The notes under the pieces were generated by a model. It was not told the origin of the DNA, made no database searches, and saw only the letters and a program-made list of their open reading frames with translations. From assembly GCF_022770205.1 (NCBI RefSeq), contig NZ_JALEIK010000038.1, forward strand, positions 101,816 through 165,815: DNA of 64,000 bases, read 5' to 3'. This document shows, piece after piece, positions 18,872 to 30,288 of the stretch. The position numbers and the translations under genes are program-made. The DNA is from Helicobacter sp. Lineage in GTDB: Bacteria; Campylobacterota; Campylobacteria; Campylobacterales; Helicobacteraceae. The number at the start of each line of letters is the position of its first letter. Positions within the stretch are counted from its first letter, which is position 1.

Positions 18872-21800
18872 ATGCCAAAACGCACTGACATTCACACTAT
18901 TTTACTCATTGGCTCTGGTCCTATTGTGATTGGACAGGCTTGTGAGTTTGATTACTCTGGCACACAGGCGGCAAAAACACTAAAAGAGCTAGGTTATAGA
19001 GTTGTGCTTATTAATTCAAATCCTGCTACGATTATGACAGATCCTGAATTTGCTGATAGAACTTATATTGAACCTATCACAAAAGAAGTGGTTGCTGATA
19101 TTATTAAAAAAGAAAAAGTGGATGCGATTTTACCAACAATGGGCGGACAGACTGCGCTTAATATCGCAAGGGATATGTTTGAACAAGGAATGCTACAAGG
19201 TGTTAAATTTCTAGGTGCAAAGCCTGAAGCAATTAAGAAAGGAGAGGATAGACAAGCTTTTAAAGAAGCAATGTTAAAAATTGGAATGGATTTACCAAAA
19301 TCCCACTATGCTTATACGCTTGAAGATGCGCTTGAGGCGGCAAAAGAGATTGGATTTCCTCTAATTATCCGCGCAAGCTATACGCTAGCTGGGGGTGGAA
19401 GTGGAGTTGCGTATAATATTGATGAGTTTAAGGCATTAGCGCAAAATGGCTTGGAAGTTAGCCCAATTAATGAGATTTTAATTGAGGAATCTTTGCTAGG
19501 CTGGAAAGAATACGAAATGGAGGTTATCCGCGATAGTGTAGATAATTGTATCATTGTGTGTAGTATTGAAAATCTTGATCCTATGGGTGTGCATACGGGG
19601 GATTCCATTACCATTGCGCCTGCTTTAACGCTCACAGATAAGGAATATCAGAGAATGCGTAATGCTTCTTTTGCTATTCTTAGGGAAATTGGTGTGGATA
19701 CAGGTGGTTCTAATGTGCAATTTGCGATTAACCCTAGCACAGGGAGAATGACTGTAATTGAGATGAATCCGCGCGTTTCACGAAGCTCTGCTCTTGCTTC
19801 TAAGGCAACAGGCTATCCCATTGCAAAAGTTGCTACGCTTTTAGCTGTGGGTTATACCTTAGATGAGATTAAAAACGATATTACAGGCACCCCTGCTAGT
19901 TTTGAGCCAAGCATTGATTATATTGTTACAAAGATTCCGCGCTTTACTTTTGAAAAATTTCCACAAGCAGATTCTACGCTCACAACTTCTATGAAATCTA
20001 TTGGAGAAGTTATGGCAATTGGCGCAACTTTTAAAGAGTCTTTGCAAAAGGCATTAAATAGCCTTGAAGCTGAGATTTTTGGCTTTAATCCTTTAAGCAC
20101 AGATTTAGGCTACATCCAACACGAAGTGCGCCGTCCAAATGCGCAAAGATTGCTTTATGTTGCTGATGCTTTGCGCTTGGGAGCGAGTGTAGATGAGGTG
20201 CAAAAGTGGTGCAAGATAGATGCTTATTTTTTAGGACAGATTGCAGAGATTATTGCTTTAGAGAAAGAAATCTCTTTTGAGAAACTTAATGATTCTGCAT
20301 TTTTGCGCCTTGTAAAATCTTATGGTTTTAGCGACAGAATGCTTGCTTTTTTGATTAATAAAAGTGAATCCTTAGAATTGCGTGAGGAGGACATTTATGC
20401 ATTGCGGCAAAAGTTAGGGGTGCAGTTTGTTTATAATGAAGTGGATACTTGCGCAGCGGAGTTTGCGACACAAACAGCATATTTGTATTCTACCATTCCA
20501 TTAAATGCACAAGCAGTAGAATCTAAGGAATCCTGTGAAAAGAAAGTTTTAATTCTAGGTGGGGGACCAAATCGCATTGGGCAGGGGATTGAATTTGATT
20601 ATTGTTGCGTGCATTCAAGCTTTGCTTTGCGTGATATGGGATACACAAGCATTATGTATAATTGTAACCCAGAAACCATTAGCACAGATTATGATACAAG
20701 CGATGTGCTTTATTTTGAACCCATAACCTTTGAATGTGTGCGTAGTGTGATTGAGAGAGAAAAGCCGGAGGGAATCATTGTGCATTTTGGAGGGCAGACG
20801 CCTTTAAAACTTGCTAAAAAGCTTACAACCATTGGTGCAAAAATCATTGGCACAAGCGCAAAAACCATTGATATTGCAGAGGATAGAGAAAAATTTGCAA
20901 AATTTGTAGAAGAAAATGGGCTTTTGCAACCAAAAAATGGCACTGCTTACACTAAGGAGGAGGCAATTTCTATCGCACAAAACATTACCTTTCCCGTGCT
21001 TGTGCGCCCTAGCTATGTGCTTGGTGGGCGTGCTATGCGCATTGTGTATAGCGTTTTAGAACTCCAAGAGTATATGAGTGAGGCAGTGAGTGTGAGTGAG
21101 GATTCTCCTGTGCTCATTGATAAATTTTTAAGCAATGCGATTGAATTGGATGTGGATAGTATTTGTGATGGCAGAGAGGTGTATATTGCAGGAATTATGC
21201 AACACATTGAGGAGGCTGGAATCCATAGTGGGGATTCTGCTTGCTCCTTGCCTACAATTAGCATTGCAAAAGAAAAGCTTAAAGAGATAGAAGAGACCAC
21301 AGCTAAAATTGCTAGAAATCTAGGCGTTATAGGGCTTATGAATGTGCAGTATGCGATTTTTGAAGACACGCTGTATTTGATTGAAGTCAATCCGCGTGCA
21401 AGTCGCACCGTGCCATTTGTAAGTAAGACTACTGGGATTCCGCTTGCAAAGGTTGCCACAAGCGTAATGGTGCATCAAAATCTAAAAGCTGCCCTAGAGC
21501 GTTATGATATTTTTAAAAGGGTGGAATTTAAAAATGGGCTTTATAAGCCAAAAGCATACAAACATATTGCTGTTAAGGAATCTGTATTTCCCTTTAATAA
21601 ACTAAGTGGTGCGGTGATGACTTTAGGTCCTGAAATGCGTTCAACTGGTGAAGTTATGGGGATTAGCGAGAATTTTGGATTAAGTTTTGCTAAAAGCCAA
21701 ATGGCGTGCAAAAATGCTCTACCAACAAGTGGCAAAATCTTCATTTCCTTGCGTGCGCTTGATAAACCAAATGCCCTTCCTTTAGCAAAAGAATTGCAAA

Positions 21801-22126
21801 ATTTAGGTTTTAGTCTTTGCGCTACAAAAGGCACAGCAGAGATTTTAAACCAAAATGGAATCGCTTGTGAAGAGGAGCTAAAAATTAGTGATGGGCGTCC
21901 TAATATTGGCGATAAGCTAGCAAATGGAGAGATTGCTCTAGCGATTAATACAAGCGATGCGGCATCAAGCAAAGATGACACAGATAAAATTCGCACGCAA
22001 GTGTTGCGCAATAATGTGCCTTACTTTACAACCATTGAAGCAGCGCGTGTAGCTGTTAGCGCAATTTGTGAGATAAAAAGTAAGAATCCTAATACAGCAA
22101 AAGCCCTTCAGGATTATTTAGCATAA
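18872..22126 (+). CDS. carB: Carbamoyl-phosphate synthase large subunit
   Basis: [24 protein letters not shown], duplicated ATP-grasp domains, C-terminal MGS domain. Confidence 0.99.
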   Translation: MPKRTDIHTILLIGSGPIVIGQACEFDYSGTQAAKTLKELGYRVVLINSNPATIMTDPEFADRTYIEPITKEVVADIIKKEKVDAILPTMGGQTALNIARDMFEQGMLQGVKFLGAKPEAIKKGEDRQAFKEAMLKIGMDLPKSHYAYTLEDALEAAKEIGFPLIIRASYTLAGGGSGVAYNIDEFKALAQNGLEVSPINEILIEESLLGWKEYEMEVIRDSVDNCIIVCSIENLDPMGVHTGDSITIAPALTLTDKEYQRMRNASFAILREIGVDTGGSNVQFAINPSTGRMTVIEMNPRVSRSSALASKATGYPIAKVATLLAVGYTLDEIKNDITGTPASFEPSIDYIVTKIPRFTFEKFPQADSTLTTSMKSIGEVMAIGATFKESLQKALNSLEAEIFGFNPLSTDLGYIQHEVRRPNAQRLLYVADALRLGASVDEVQKWCKIDAYFLGQIAEIIALEKEISFEKLNDSAFLRLVKSYGFSDRMLAFLINKSESLELREEDIYALRQKLGVQFVYNEVDTCAAEFATQTAYLYSTIPLNAQAVESKESCEKKVLILGGGPNRIGQGIEFDYCCVHSSFALRDMGYTSIMYNCNPETISTDYDTSDVLYFEPITFECVRSVIEREKPEGIIVHFGGQTPLKLAKKLTTIGAKIIGTSAKTIDIAEDREKFAKFVEENGLLQPKNGTAYTKEEAISIAQNITFPVLVRPSYVLGGRAMRIVYSVLELQEYMSEAVSVSEDSPVLIDKFLSNAIELDVDSICDGREVYIAGIMQHIEEAGIHSGDSACSLPTISIAKEKLKEIEETTAKIARNLGVIGLMNVQYAIFEDTLYLIEVNPRASRTVPFVSKTTGIPLAKVATSVMVHQNLKAALERYDIFKRVEFKNGLYKPKAYKHIAVKESVFPFNKLSGAVMTLGPEMRSTGEVMGISENFGLSFAKSQMACKNALPTSGKIFISLRALDKPNALPLAKELQNLGFSLCATKGTAEILNQNGIACEEELKISDGRPNIGDKLANGEIALAINTSDAASSKDDTDKIRTQVLRNNVPYFTTIEAARVAVSAICEIKSKNPNTAKALQDYLA

Positions 22127-22596
22127 TGGAAGCGTCAATTTTTCTTGCACAAAGCGACACAACAGCAGGCTTTTTATGCCAAGATTCCACGCAATTAAAT
22201 CACATTAAAGGGCGTGATGCTAGACAAAGCGTGCTTTTAACACTCAATACTTTAAGCAAATTAAAAAATCTCGTGCGCATCCCAAATGTGCATAAAAACA
22301 GAGTCCGCAAAAGCACAAAAAGTACTTTTATTTATAAAGGGAGAAATGCTCTCCGTTACAAATCTTTAGCAATTCGTCTTGTGCCAAAGGAGGAAGCTAA
22401 AATGGGACATAGCGATTTGCTAGAGTTTTTTCCTTTTTTGTATTCAAGTTCAGCCAATGCGCATAAAAAAGAGTTTGATTTAAATTTTGCCTTACAAAAG
22501 GCAGATATTTTGGTATTAGATGAGAGATTTTTGAGTGCGCAAAAGCCTTCAAAAATGTATAAAATTGCAAACATAAGAATAAAAAAGATAAGGTAG
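22126..22596 (+). CDS. Sua5/YrdC-like protein (short epsilonproteobacterial form)
   Basis: AQSDTTAGFL and SSSANAH motifs; start overlaps carB stop. Confidence 0.7.
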   Translation: MEASIFLAQSDTTAGFLCQDSTQLNHIKGRDARQSVLLTLNTLSKLKNLVRIPNVHKNRVRKSTKSTFIYKGRNALRYKSLAIRLVPKEEAKMGHSDLLEFFPFLYSSSANAHKKEFDLNFALQKADILVLDERFLSAQKPSKMYKIANIRIKKIR

Positions 22597-23064
22597 ATGA
22601 TGAAAGTAACAGAGATTTTGCAGTCCTTTTTATTGGGTTTGGTGTTAGTGTTTTTGTTGTTTTGCGTATTTTGGGCGGCAATTTATGCGAGTTATATGCA
22701 ATATTATGGGATTGCAGAATTTTTTAATCCCTTTTTTAGAAATGTTTTTAATCCCATAGCATTTTTTATTCTTACGGCGATTTTTGGATTGGGATTAATG
22801 CTTCCCTTTGTGGATAAGCTTTTTAAGATTCTGTTTTTTATACTTTTAGCGTGTGCCTTATTGCTTTTTATGCCCTCTTTAGGAAAGGTAGCAGGAAGTA
22901 TTTTTCTAGCTAAAGACCAGATTATCACGCTACAAGGTGAGCAAAAGAGAATCCAAAGTTTATACGAAACTAATTATTATATTGTGTATTTAAGCGCAGA
23001 TTCTGATGATTTTGAAACACGCAAACGCAATCTTGTGTATTATGAAAAGCCTATTGCAAAATGA
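22597..23064 (+). CDS. Hypothetical integral membrane protein
   Basis: Several hydrophobic segments; directly follows previous gene. Confidence 0.6.
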   Translation: MMKVTEILQSFLLGLVLVFLLFCVFWAAIYASYMQYYGIAEFFNPFFRNVFNPIAFFILTAIFGLGLMLPFVDKLFKILFFILLACALLLFMPSLGKVAGSIFLAKDQIITLQGEQKRIQSLYETNYYIVYLSADSDDFETRKRNLVYYEKPIAK

Positions 23065-23938
23065 AGGGTGTGTCTTGATACACACAGAAATTTAGCCAGT
23101 TAGCAAATAGCACGCTAGCACTTGAACGCCACGAGAAAATTGGCTCTGATTGCGTGTTGTAATAATTTTTAGGCTTTGCAATTTCTAAGCCCTTTTCTAA
23201 ATCCCGCTTATATTCTAAATCTAGTGTGTCTTTAGAGTATTCTGGATGCCCTAAGATAAAGAAATCTTTTTCATCTTTTAATGCACTAACTCCGCTTTCT
23301 TTGCCTTCAAGCAAAATTTTTAAATGTGGATTTGCGCGCACTTGTGTTTCATCAATACCAGAATGCCTAGAGTGTGGAATCCTAACAAGCTCATCAAGCC
23401 CATTTAAAATCAAATCCTGCTCCACCCAAAAATGTTCAAAAATCCCAGAGAGTTTAGCGTTTAAAGCAATTTTTTGAATCTTATGGAAGTGATATAGCCC
23501 AGCCATTGCTCCCCAACACAAATAAAGCGTGCTTGTGCAATGCGTTTTTAAAAATTCCATAATCTCTATTAATTCTCTCCAATATTTTACTTCTTCAAAT
23601 TCTAAATGTTCAATAGGTGCTCCTGTAACAATTGCGCCATCAAATTTTCTGTCTTTAATGGCATCAAAGCTAACATAAAATCTATCCAAATGTGATTTTG
23701 GAGTGTTTTTGCCTGCATAGCTAGCAGTTGTTAGTAGAGTGATATTTACTTGCAAAGGAGAGTTTGCAAGTAAAGATAGAATCTGATTTTCTGTCTGGAT
23801 TTTTGTTGGCATTAGATTAAAAATCAGCACTTCTAATGTGCGAATATCCTGCGTTTTTGCACGCTTAGAACCCATAATAAAAGCGTGTTGTTTTAAAAGG
23901 CTAAAAGCTGGAATTTCTTCTGGAATAACAAGTGGCAT
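23051..23938 (-). CDS. metA: Homoserine O-acyltransferase, MetA family (acetyl-type)
   Basis: [34 protein letters not shown]. Confidence 0.95.
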   Translation of the reverse strand: MPLVIPEEIPAFSLLKQHAFIMGSKRAKTQDIRTLEVLIFNLMPTKIQTENQILSLLANSPLQVNITLLTTASYAGKNTPKSHLDRFYVSFDAIKDRKFDGAIVTGAPIEHLEFEEVKYWRELIEIMEFLKTHCTSTLYLCWGAMAGLYHFHKIQKIALNAKLSGIFEHFWVEQDLILNGLDELVRIPHSRHSGIDETQVRANPHLKILLEGKESGVSALKDEKDFFILGHPEYSKDTLDLEYKRDLEKGLEIAKPKNYYNTQSEPIFSWRSSASVLFANWLNFCVYQDTPFILQ

Positions 23939-23947
23939 TGCAAATCC

Positions 23948-25237
23948 TTATTTTTCTAATGCTTGCTTTAAATCTGCAATTAAGTCTTTTGGGGATTCTA
24001 ACCCTATGCTTAAGCGCACGGTAGAAGGTGTGATTCCAGCAGATTCTAATTCTTCTTGACTGAGTTGAGAATGTGTAGTGGATGCTGGATGGATTACAAG
24101 AGATTTAGAATCGCCAATATTTGCAACAATTTTAAAGATTTCTAACGCATTGCAAACCTTTTTTGCTTCTTCATAGCTTTCTACTTCAAAGCTTAAAAGT
24201 CCGCTAGAGTTGGAATCTTTAAAGTATTTTTTAAGCAGAGTATGATAAGGATTTCCCTCTAACGCAGGATAGAAAACTTCTTTAACTTTAGGATGGGATT
24301 GTAAGAATTTAGCAACCTCTAAAGCATTTTGACTATGCTTTGTAATGCGCAATTCTAATGTTTCTAATCCTTGAAGGATAATCCACGCATTTTGCGGGGA
24401 AAGCGATGCTCCAATATTTCTTAGCCATTCTGTAAGCAAGCGCACACCAAAAATGGGCAAGGATTCCGCTAAGCTTGCATAGACTAATCCGTGATAGCTT
24501 GCATCAGGAGTGTTAAAGGCTGGATAGCGCGGGTTATTGACGATTAAGTCATTTAGTCCGTTGCGTTCAATCACAACGCCACCTAGTGCGCTACCTTGTC
24601 CGTTAGCATATTTACTAAGGCTATACACAACAATATCCACTCCGTAGTCAAAAGGTTTATGTAAAAATGCTGTTGCCACTGTGTTGTCACAAATTGTTGC
24701 GATATTATGTTTTTGAGCAATTTTTGTGATTTTTTCTACATCAGCAATAGAAATTTGCGGGTTAGACAAACTTTCAAAAAGAATCGCTTTTGTCTTAGAA
24801 GTGATTGCTTTTTCTAAAGATTCTTCTATGTTATCAATATCAAAGACACTAGAGCTTATGCCAAAGCGTTTGAGTGTATGCACAATGAGTGTTTGTGTCC
24901 CACCATAGATTTTATTAGAATACACGATATGATCGCCATTTTCTGCAAGATTGACAAGTGCATAAAAGATTGCTGCTGTTCCGCTTGCTGTTGGCACGCC
25001 AAAAGCCCCTCCCTCTACTGCTGCTAGTCTATCGCCTAATACCTTATAAGTAGGATTTGTCAGTCGTGTGTAGATGTTTCCAAGTTCTTGGAGGGCAAAT
25101 CTAGCTGCTGCTTGCTCTAAATTCTCAAAGCTATATGCCGTGTTTTGATAGATAGGCACGCTTAGTGTGCGTTGCGTATCATAGTCGTATCCTGCGTGTA
25201 AAGCTAAAGTTGCTTCCGTATAATTTTGTGTTGCCAT
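23948..25237 (-). CDS. metY: O-acetylhomoserine sulfhydrylase
   Basis: TLALHAG, YTRLTNPT, SLSKY (PLP Lys), IANIGDSKSL.IHPASTTH, VRLSIGLE. Confidence 0.92.
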   Translation of the reverse strand: MATQNYTEATLALHAGYDYDTQRTLSVPIYQNTAYSFENLEQAAARFALQELGNIYTRLTNPTYKVLGDRLAAVEGGAFGVPTASGTAAIFYALVNLAENGDHIVYSNKIYGGTQTLIVHTLKRFGISSSVFDIDNIEESLEKAITSKTKAILFESLSNPQISIADVEKITKIAQKHNIATICDNTVATAFLHKPFDYGVDIVVYSLSKYANGQGSALGGVVIERNGLNDLIVNNPRYPAFNTPDASYHGLVYASLAESLPIFGVRLLTEWLRNIGASLSPQNAWIILQGLETLELRITKHSQNALEVAKFLQSHPKVKEVFYPALEGNPYHTLLKKYFKDSNSSGLLSFEVESYEEAKKVCNALEIFKIVANIGDSKSLVIHPASTTHSQLSQEELESAGITPSTVRLSIGLESPKDLIADLKQALEK

Positions 25238-25364
25238 TTTTATCCTTTATAGTGAAATTTGAAAGTATTATAGCATTAAATTTAAAAAATACAATATGTA
25301 TTTATAAAATTTTATCAAAACTTTCAAAATCTTGTAAATTTTGCACAATTTCTACAACCCACTC

Positions 25365-25391
25365 TAATCTTTTTAGATGCTTATCCGATAT
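25365..25391 (+). promoter_or_regulatory. Sigma28 (FliA) promoter of flagellin
   Basis: TAAT-N15-TCCGATAT versus consensus TAAA-N15-GCCGATAA. Confidence 0.7.
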
Positions 25392-25459
25392 AGTTTTCGT
25401 AGTTAAACTTCACAAGATACATTTAAATCTTTAAGTTTATTTACTAGAGATAAATGCAC

Positions 25460-25475
25460 AGCACAAGGAAGTGCT
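25460..25475 (+). promoter_or_regulatory. CsrA-type hairpin in flagellin 5' UTR
   Basis: AGCAC-AAGGAA-GTGCT perfect stem with GGA in loop; second GGA in the SD. Confidence 0.65.
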
Positions 25476-25497
25476 AGCAAAAATAAAAGGAGTTAAA

Positions 25498-27012
25498 ATG
25501 GCATTTCAAGTCAATACCAACATTAATGCGTTAAATGCACACGCACAAAGCACTTTTACGCAGACAAGTCTTTCAAGTTCTTTGCAAAAGTTAAGTTCAG
25601 GTTTGAGAATCAACTCTGCTAAAGATGATGCTTCAGGGATGGCAATCGCTGATAGTTTGCGCTCTCAAGCAAATGCGTTAGGACAGGCGATTAGAAATAC
25701 AAACGATGGTATGGGGATTATCCAAATTGCAGATAAAGCGATGGATGAGCAAGTTAAAATCCTAGACACGATTAAGACTAAAGCCACACAAGCTGCGCAA
25801 GATGGGCAAACAACACAAACAAGAGCAGCAATCCAAGCAGACATTAATCGTCTCATCCAATCTTTGGATAACATTGCTGGAACAACAACTTATAATGGTT
25901 TAAATCTACTTGCGGGTGGTTTTACAAATAAAGAATTCCAAGTCGGTGCTTATTCTAACCAAACCATTCGTGCAAGCATTGGCGCAACAAGCTCTGATAA
26001 AATCGGGCATGTAAGAAGTGAATCCACAAGATTTACAGCAATGGGAGAAATTGCCTTAGGTTTTGTGCAAGCAAGAGGCGGCGACACTGTTAAATTGGAA
26101 TCTGTTGTGATTTCTACTTCAGCAGGAACAGGACTTGGTGTCTTAGCAGAGGTGATTAATAAAAACTCTGACAATCTAGGTGGAATCCGTGCGCAAGCAA
26201 CCGTTAATAGAATGGGAGAGCAAGCTATTGGAAAAGGTGACATTACTAGTTTAACCATTAATGGTGTTAAAATTGGTGATATTGCAGATGTTAAGACAAA
26301 CGATTCTGATGGACGCTTGGTGCAAGCCATCAACTCTAAAAAAGAAGAAACAGGAGTGCAAGCTTCTATCACTGAAGATGGTAGATTAATGCTAACTTCC
26401 ACAGATGGTAGAGCAATCCGAGTAGAAGGTGGCGGTATGTCTGCTGGTGGTGCTGGTATCACAACAGGAATTGGTGCTAGCACATTTGTTGGAACATTAA
26501 CATTAACAAGACTAGGCTCTAATGACATCAAGGTTTCAGCAAGTGGTGCAAATGCAGATATTGCAGCCTTTTCATCATCTGCTCAAGTAACAACAACATT
26601 AAGGGGAGTTACAGGAGGATTTGACAAAGATGTAAGATCAGCTGTTGGTGCAAATGCGGCACACTCAGCGCAAGCACTAGGTGGCGCAGCACTTTCTGGT
26701 GTGAGTTTAGGAGTTGGTGTAACAACACTTAAGGGTGCGATGCTAGTAATGGATATTGCAGAATCAGCGTTGAAGCAACTTGATCAAATCCGCTCTGACT
26801 TAGGTTCTGTGCAACAACAAATGCAATCCACAGTCAATAATATCACAATCACACAAGTGAATGTGAAGTCAGCGGAATCTGGTATTAGAGAAGTGGATTT
26901 TGCAAGTGAATCTGCAAACTATACAAATACAAACATTCTAGCGCAAGCAGGAAGCTATGCGTTAAGCCAAGCAAACGCTGCACAACAAAACATCTTAAGA
27001 CTATTGCAATAG
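25498..27012 (+). CDS. flaA: Flagellin (major, sigma28-driven)
   Basis: [38 protein letters not shown]; start set at ATG 25498 after AAGGAG. Confidence 0.93.
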   Translation: MAFQVNTNINALNAHAQSTFTQTSLSSSLQKLSSGLRINSAKDDASGMAIADSLRSQANALGQAIRNTNDGMGIIQIADKAMDEQVKILDTIKTKATQAAQDGQTTQTRAAIQADINRLIQSLDNIAGTTTYNGLNLLAGGFTNKEFQVGAYSNQTIRASIGATSSDKIGHVRSESTRFTAMGEIALGFVQARGGDTVKLESVVISTSAGTGLGVLAEVINKNSDNLGGIRAQATVNRMGEQAIGKGDITSLTINGVKIGDIADVKTNDSDGRLVQAINSKKEETGVQASITEDGRLMLTSTDGRAIRVEGGGMSAGGAGITTGIGASTFVGTLTLTRLGSNDIKVSASGANADIAAFSSSAQVTTTLRGVTGGFDKDVRSAVGANAAHSAQALGGAALSGVSLGVGVTTLKGAMLVMDIAESALKQLDQIRSDLGSVQQQMQSTVNNITITQVNVKSAESGIREVDFASESANYTNTNILAQAGSYALSQANAAQQNILRLLQ

Positions 27013-27023
27013 TCTTATTCCAC

Positions 27024-27050
27024 AGAATCCCTTTTGGGATTCTTTCTTTT
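27024..27050 (+). terminator. Intrinsic terminator after flagellin
   Basis: AGAATCCC-TTTT-GGGATTCT then TTCTTTT. Confidence 0.85.
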
Positions 27051-27130
27051 GTAATATTCTTCTCAAAGCTTCTTATTTGGTTTTATAAGGGATTTCTAAA
27101 AGTGATTTGTAGTGGTTTGGAAGTCTTTAA

Positions 27131-27501
27131 TGGTGGAGCTGTGGGGAATCAAACCCCAGTCCAAAATCTAAATCAACAATAACCGATTTACATGCTTATT
27201 TGGGTTTAAAAATCTTTCTTTATCTAAAAAACTCCCAAAAATTTTTAAACAAAGGCAGTCAAAATCTTAACCTTATGTTTGACAGCACAAGGCGCATCTA
27301 GCTTGAATGATGTCCTTAGAAAATCGCTAGAATCCTAACTAAGAACAGCTCCAAAAGTTAGTTAAACCTACGCAACTTTAGCGTAAGCTGGAGCGTAATT
27401 TGCATTGTTTGCGTTTATATTTAAGAGCTAGTTTTGCGACTTAGCACAAGTCGGCATGCAGTTAGAGCCATCTAAATCCTGTCGAAATTCTAATCAGCCC
27501 C
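27131..27501 (-). ncRNA. ssrA: tmRNA; tag peptide (A)ANNANYAPAYAKVA
   Basis: 5' GGGGCTGATTAGAATTTCGACAGG; 3' CAGCTCCACCA; tag ORF 27412-27368. Confidence 0.96.
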
Positions 27502-27576
27502 AAAAAGTAAAGTTTAAATTATACTATAAAATCTGAAAATGTAGTAAAATGCGCTTAAAAATCTTTGAGGATAAAA

Positions 27577-28380
27577 ATGAGTGCGCAAACACAAAGTAAA
27601 ATCACAACCACGCAAATTTTAAAGAAAAAAAACAAAGAAAAAATCACAATGCTAACTGCCTATGATGCGCTTTTTGCAAAAATTTTTGATGGGGAAGTGG
27701 ATATGCTTTTAGTTGGCGATAGCCTAAATATGAGCTTTTTTGGGGAGAATGATACGCTAAGTGCAACGCTAGAGCAGATGATTTATCACACAAAGGCAGT
27801 TTGCAATGGAGCAAAAACAAGCCTTGTGGTGTGTGATATGCCTTTTGGTAGCACTATTAGCGCACAAGTTGCCCTAGAGTCTGCATTGCGCATTTTTAAA
27901 GAAAGCAAAGCACAGGCGGTTAAAATTGAAGGTGGAGTGGAGGTTAAAGATATAATTAAGCTTTTAGTGCAAAATGGAATCGCAGTTGTAGGACACATTG
28001 GCTTAAAGCCACAATTAGTGCGTTTAGAAGGTGGTTATAAGGTTAAGGGTAAGCAAAAGAGAGAGTTGGAATCGCTTTTACAAGATGCAAAGGCATTAGA
28101 GAATGCAGGAGCGTTTTGCTTTGTGCTAGAAGGGGTGTGTGCGGAGGTTGCAAAGCAAATTACACAGAGTGTTCAAATCCCTGTTATTGGAATTGGAAGT
28201 GGTGCAAGTGTTGATGGGCAGGTGCTTGTGTGGAGTGATGCGTTTGGGTTTTTTGAAGAGTTTAAGCCTAAGTTTGTGCGTCAATATTTGCAAGGTGCAA
28301 AGATAGTAAGAGAGGCAATGCAAGCCTATATTAAAGATGTGAAAAATGGGGATTTTCCAAGTGCTAGTGAGAGTTATTAA
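27577..28380 (+). CDS. panB: 3-methyl-2-oxobutanoate hydroxymethyltransferase
   Basis: MLTAYD, LVGDSL, DMPF, KIEGG, GHIGLKPQ, IGIGSG..VDGQVLV. Confidence 0.97.
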   Translation: MSAQTQSKITTTQILKKKNKEKITMLTAYDALFAKIFDGEVDMLLVGDSLNMSFFGENDTLSATLEQMIYHTKAVCNGAKTSLVVCDMPFGSTISAQVALESALRIFKESKAQAVKIEGGVEVKDIIKLLVQNGIAVVGHIGLKPQLVRLEGGYKVKGKQKRELESLLQDAKALENAGAFCFVLEGVCAEVAKQITQSVQIPVIGIGSGASVDGQVLVWSDAFGFFEEFKPKFVRQYLQGAKIVREAMQAYIKDVKNGDFPSASESY

Positions 28381-28389
28381 AGGAAAATT

Positions 28390-29385
28390 ATGGAGCGCAT
28401 TGTAGAGATTGAAAAAATGTCGCTTGATGGGGAAGAGGAAGTTAAACTTCGCCCATCGTGTTGGGATGATTATATTGGGCAGGAGAAGTTAAAAAAGAAT
28501 TTGCAGGTTTTTATTGCAGCAGCAAAAAAGCGCAAAGATGCGCTAGATCATTTACTGCTTTTTGGACCGCCGGGGCTTGGCAAGACAACTTTAGCACATA
28601 TTATTAGTGCAGAAATGCAAACTTCTATTAAGGTAACTGCTGCGCCAATGATTGAAAAAGCAGGAGATTTAGCGGCGATTTTAACAAATTTAAATGAAGG
28701 CGAGATTTTATTTATTGATGAAATCCATCGCTTAAGCCCAGCAATTGAAGAGATTTTATATCCTGCAATGGAGGATTTTAGATTGGATATTATTATTGGA
28801 AGTGGTCCTGCGGCACAGAGTGTAAAGATTGATTTGCCCCGCTTTACGCTAATTGGCGCAACAACAAGGGCGGGAATGATTAGCAATCCTTTGCGCGATC
28901 GCTTTGGAATGCAGTTTAGAATGCAGTTTTATGAGAAGGAAGAACTTGCAAGGATTGTAATGCTAGCTTCCATTAAGCTACAAAAGGAGTGCAAAAAGGA
29001 AGGGGCGTTAGAGATTGCTAAACGCTCGCGTGGCACGCCAAGAATTGCATTGCGCTTGCTTAAGCGTGTTAGGGATTTTGCAGAAGTGGCAGAAGAAGCA
29101 ATGATTACAAAAGAGCGCACGCAATATGCACTCAATGAACTAGGGGTGAATGAACACGGCTTTGATGAGTTAGATTTGCGCTTTTTAAAGATTATTTGTG
29201 AGAGCAGGGGGCGTCCGATTGGACTTAGCACGCTTGCAGCGGCGATGAGTGAAGATGAAGGCACGATTGAATATGTGATTGAGCCTTATTTGCTAGTGAA
29301 TGGGTTTTTAGAGCGCACAGCAAGGGGTAGGATTGCTACGCAAAAAACTTATGAACTCTTTTCTTTTAGGAATGCTTTGTTTTAG
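28390..29385 (+). CDS. ruvB: Holliday junction helicase
   Basis: [36 protein letters not shown]. Confidence 0.98.
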   Translation: MERIVEIEKMSLDGEEEVKLRPSCWDDYIGQEKLKKNLQVFIAAAKKRKDALDHLLLFGPPGLGKTTLAHIISAEMQTSIKVTAAPMIEKAGDLAAILTNLNEGEILFIDEIHRLSPAIEEILYPAMEDFRLDIIIGSGPAAQSVKIDLPRFTLIGATTRAGMISNPLRDRFGMQFRMQFYEKEELARIVMLASIKLQKECKKEGALEIAKRSRGTPRIALRLLKRVRDFAEVAEEAMITKERTQYALNELGVNEHGFDELDLRFLKIICESRGRPIGLSTLAAAMSEDEGTIEYVIEPYLLVNGFLERTARGRIATQKTYELFSFRNALF

Positions 29386-29395
29386 ATTTTCATTG

Positions 29396-29411
29396 TGGAA
29401 TACCTTTTGCT
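29396..29411 (+). promoter_or_regulatory. Sigma54 promoter of the flagellar rod operon
   Basis: TGGAATACCTTTTGCT: GG (29397-8)-N10-GC (29409-10). Confidence 0.8.
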
Positions 29412-29444
29412 TTAAGCCTTGTAATTTTGTCAAAAAGGCTTAGA

Positions 29445-30278
29445 ATGCAAGGTGGATATTATAGTTCCGTAGGTGGTATGGTAACACAAATTAACCGCTT
29501 AGATGTGATAGCAAATAATATTGCAAATGCTAACACAACAGGTTTTAAGCGTGATGATGTTGTCATTGGAGATTTTTTGCGCTTGTATGAGCAACACAAA
29601 GAGTTTTTGCCCTTAAAAGAGCAAACAAAAGATGCGGCAAAGTTTTATAATCGCTCCCTTAATCGTGTGCCACAAATTGTGGAGGAATTTACGGATAATA
29701 AAGTGGGCGGAATGATGATTACGGGTAATACATTTGACTTTGCTTTGAGTAGAGAAAATATGTATTTTATGGTAGAAACTCCTGATGGCATCCGCTACAC
29801 ACGCGATGGTTCTTTTGTGCTAAATGAGCAAGGTAGACTTGTCACAAAAGAAGGCTTCCCCGTGCTTCCACGCGAATATTTAGATGCTCCACAATACATT
29901 GAATTTATTGATGGATTCCAAGTAGAAGTGGATAGCAATGGCAACATTTACACAAGGGATTTAAATAACGAAGGCATTAGTGAGATGGCATTAATTGCAA
30001 ATGTTGGTGTGGTGTCCTTTGAAAATCCAAAATATCTTAAAAAAATCGGTGATAATCTCTACTCTTATCCCAAAGAACGCAATAATGAGCGTGAAGCATT
30101 AGCACAAAGCGGAGCAGTTAGGCAAGGCTTTTTAGAAAAAAGTAATATTAATGTTGTCCAAGAAATGACAGGACTCATTGAAACAAATCGCTTGGTTGAA
30201 GCGTATTCTAAGGTGTTAAAAACACATATGGATGAGCTAAACACAGAGGCAATCACAAAACTAGCGGCAAAAGCATAA
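29445..30278 (+). CDS. flgF: Flagellar basal-body rod protein (FlgF/FlgG2 type)
   Basis: IANNIANANTTGFK, YTRDGSF, LEKSNINVVQEM. Confidence 0.8.
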   Translation: MQGGYYSSVGGMVTQINRLDVIANNIANANTTGFKRDDVVIGDFLRLYEQHKEFLPLKEQTKDAAKFYNRSLNRVPQIVEEFTDNKVGGMMITGNTFDFALSRENMYFMVETPDGIRYTRDGSFVLNEQGRLVTKEGFPVLPREYLDAPQYIEFIDGFQVEVDSNGNIYTRDLNNEGISEMALIANVGVVSFENPKYLKKIGDNLYSYPKERNNEREALAQSGAVRQGFLEKSNINVVQEMTGLIETNRLVEAYSKVLKTHMDELNTEAITKLAAKA

Positions 30279-30288
30279 AGGATTTAAA

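Noticed and set aside
25498-27012. Absence of an adjacent flaB as an anomaly
   Set aside because: Unlinked flagellin genes are normal in Helicobacter
27013-27576. Prophage or island integrated at ssrA
   Set aside because: No integrase or duplicated 3' end; flanks are core genes (flagellin, panB)
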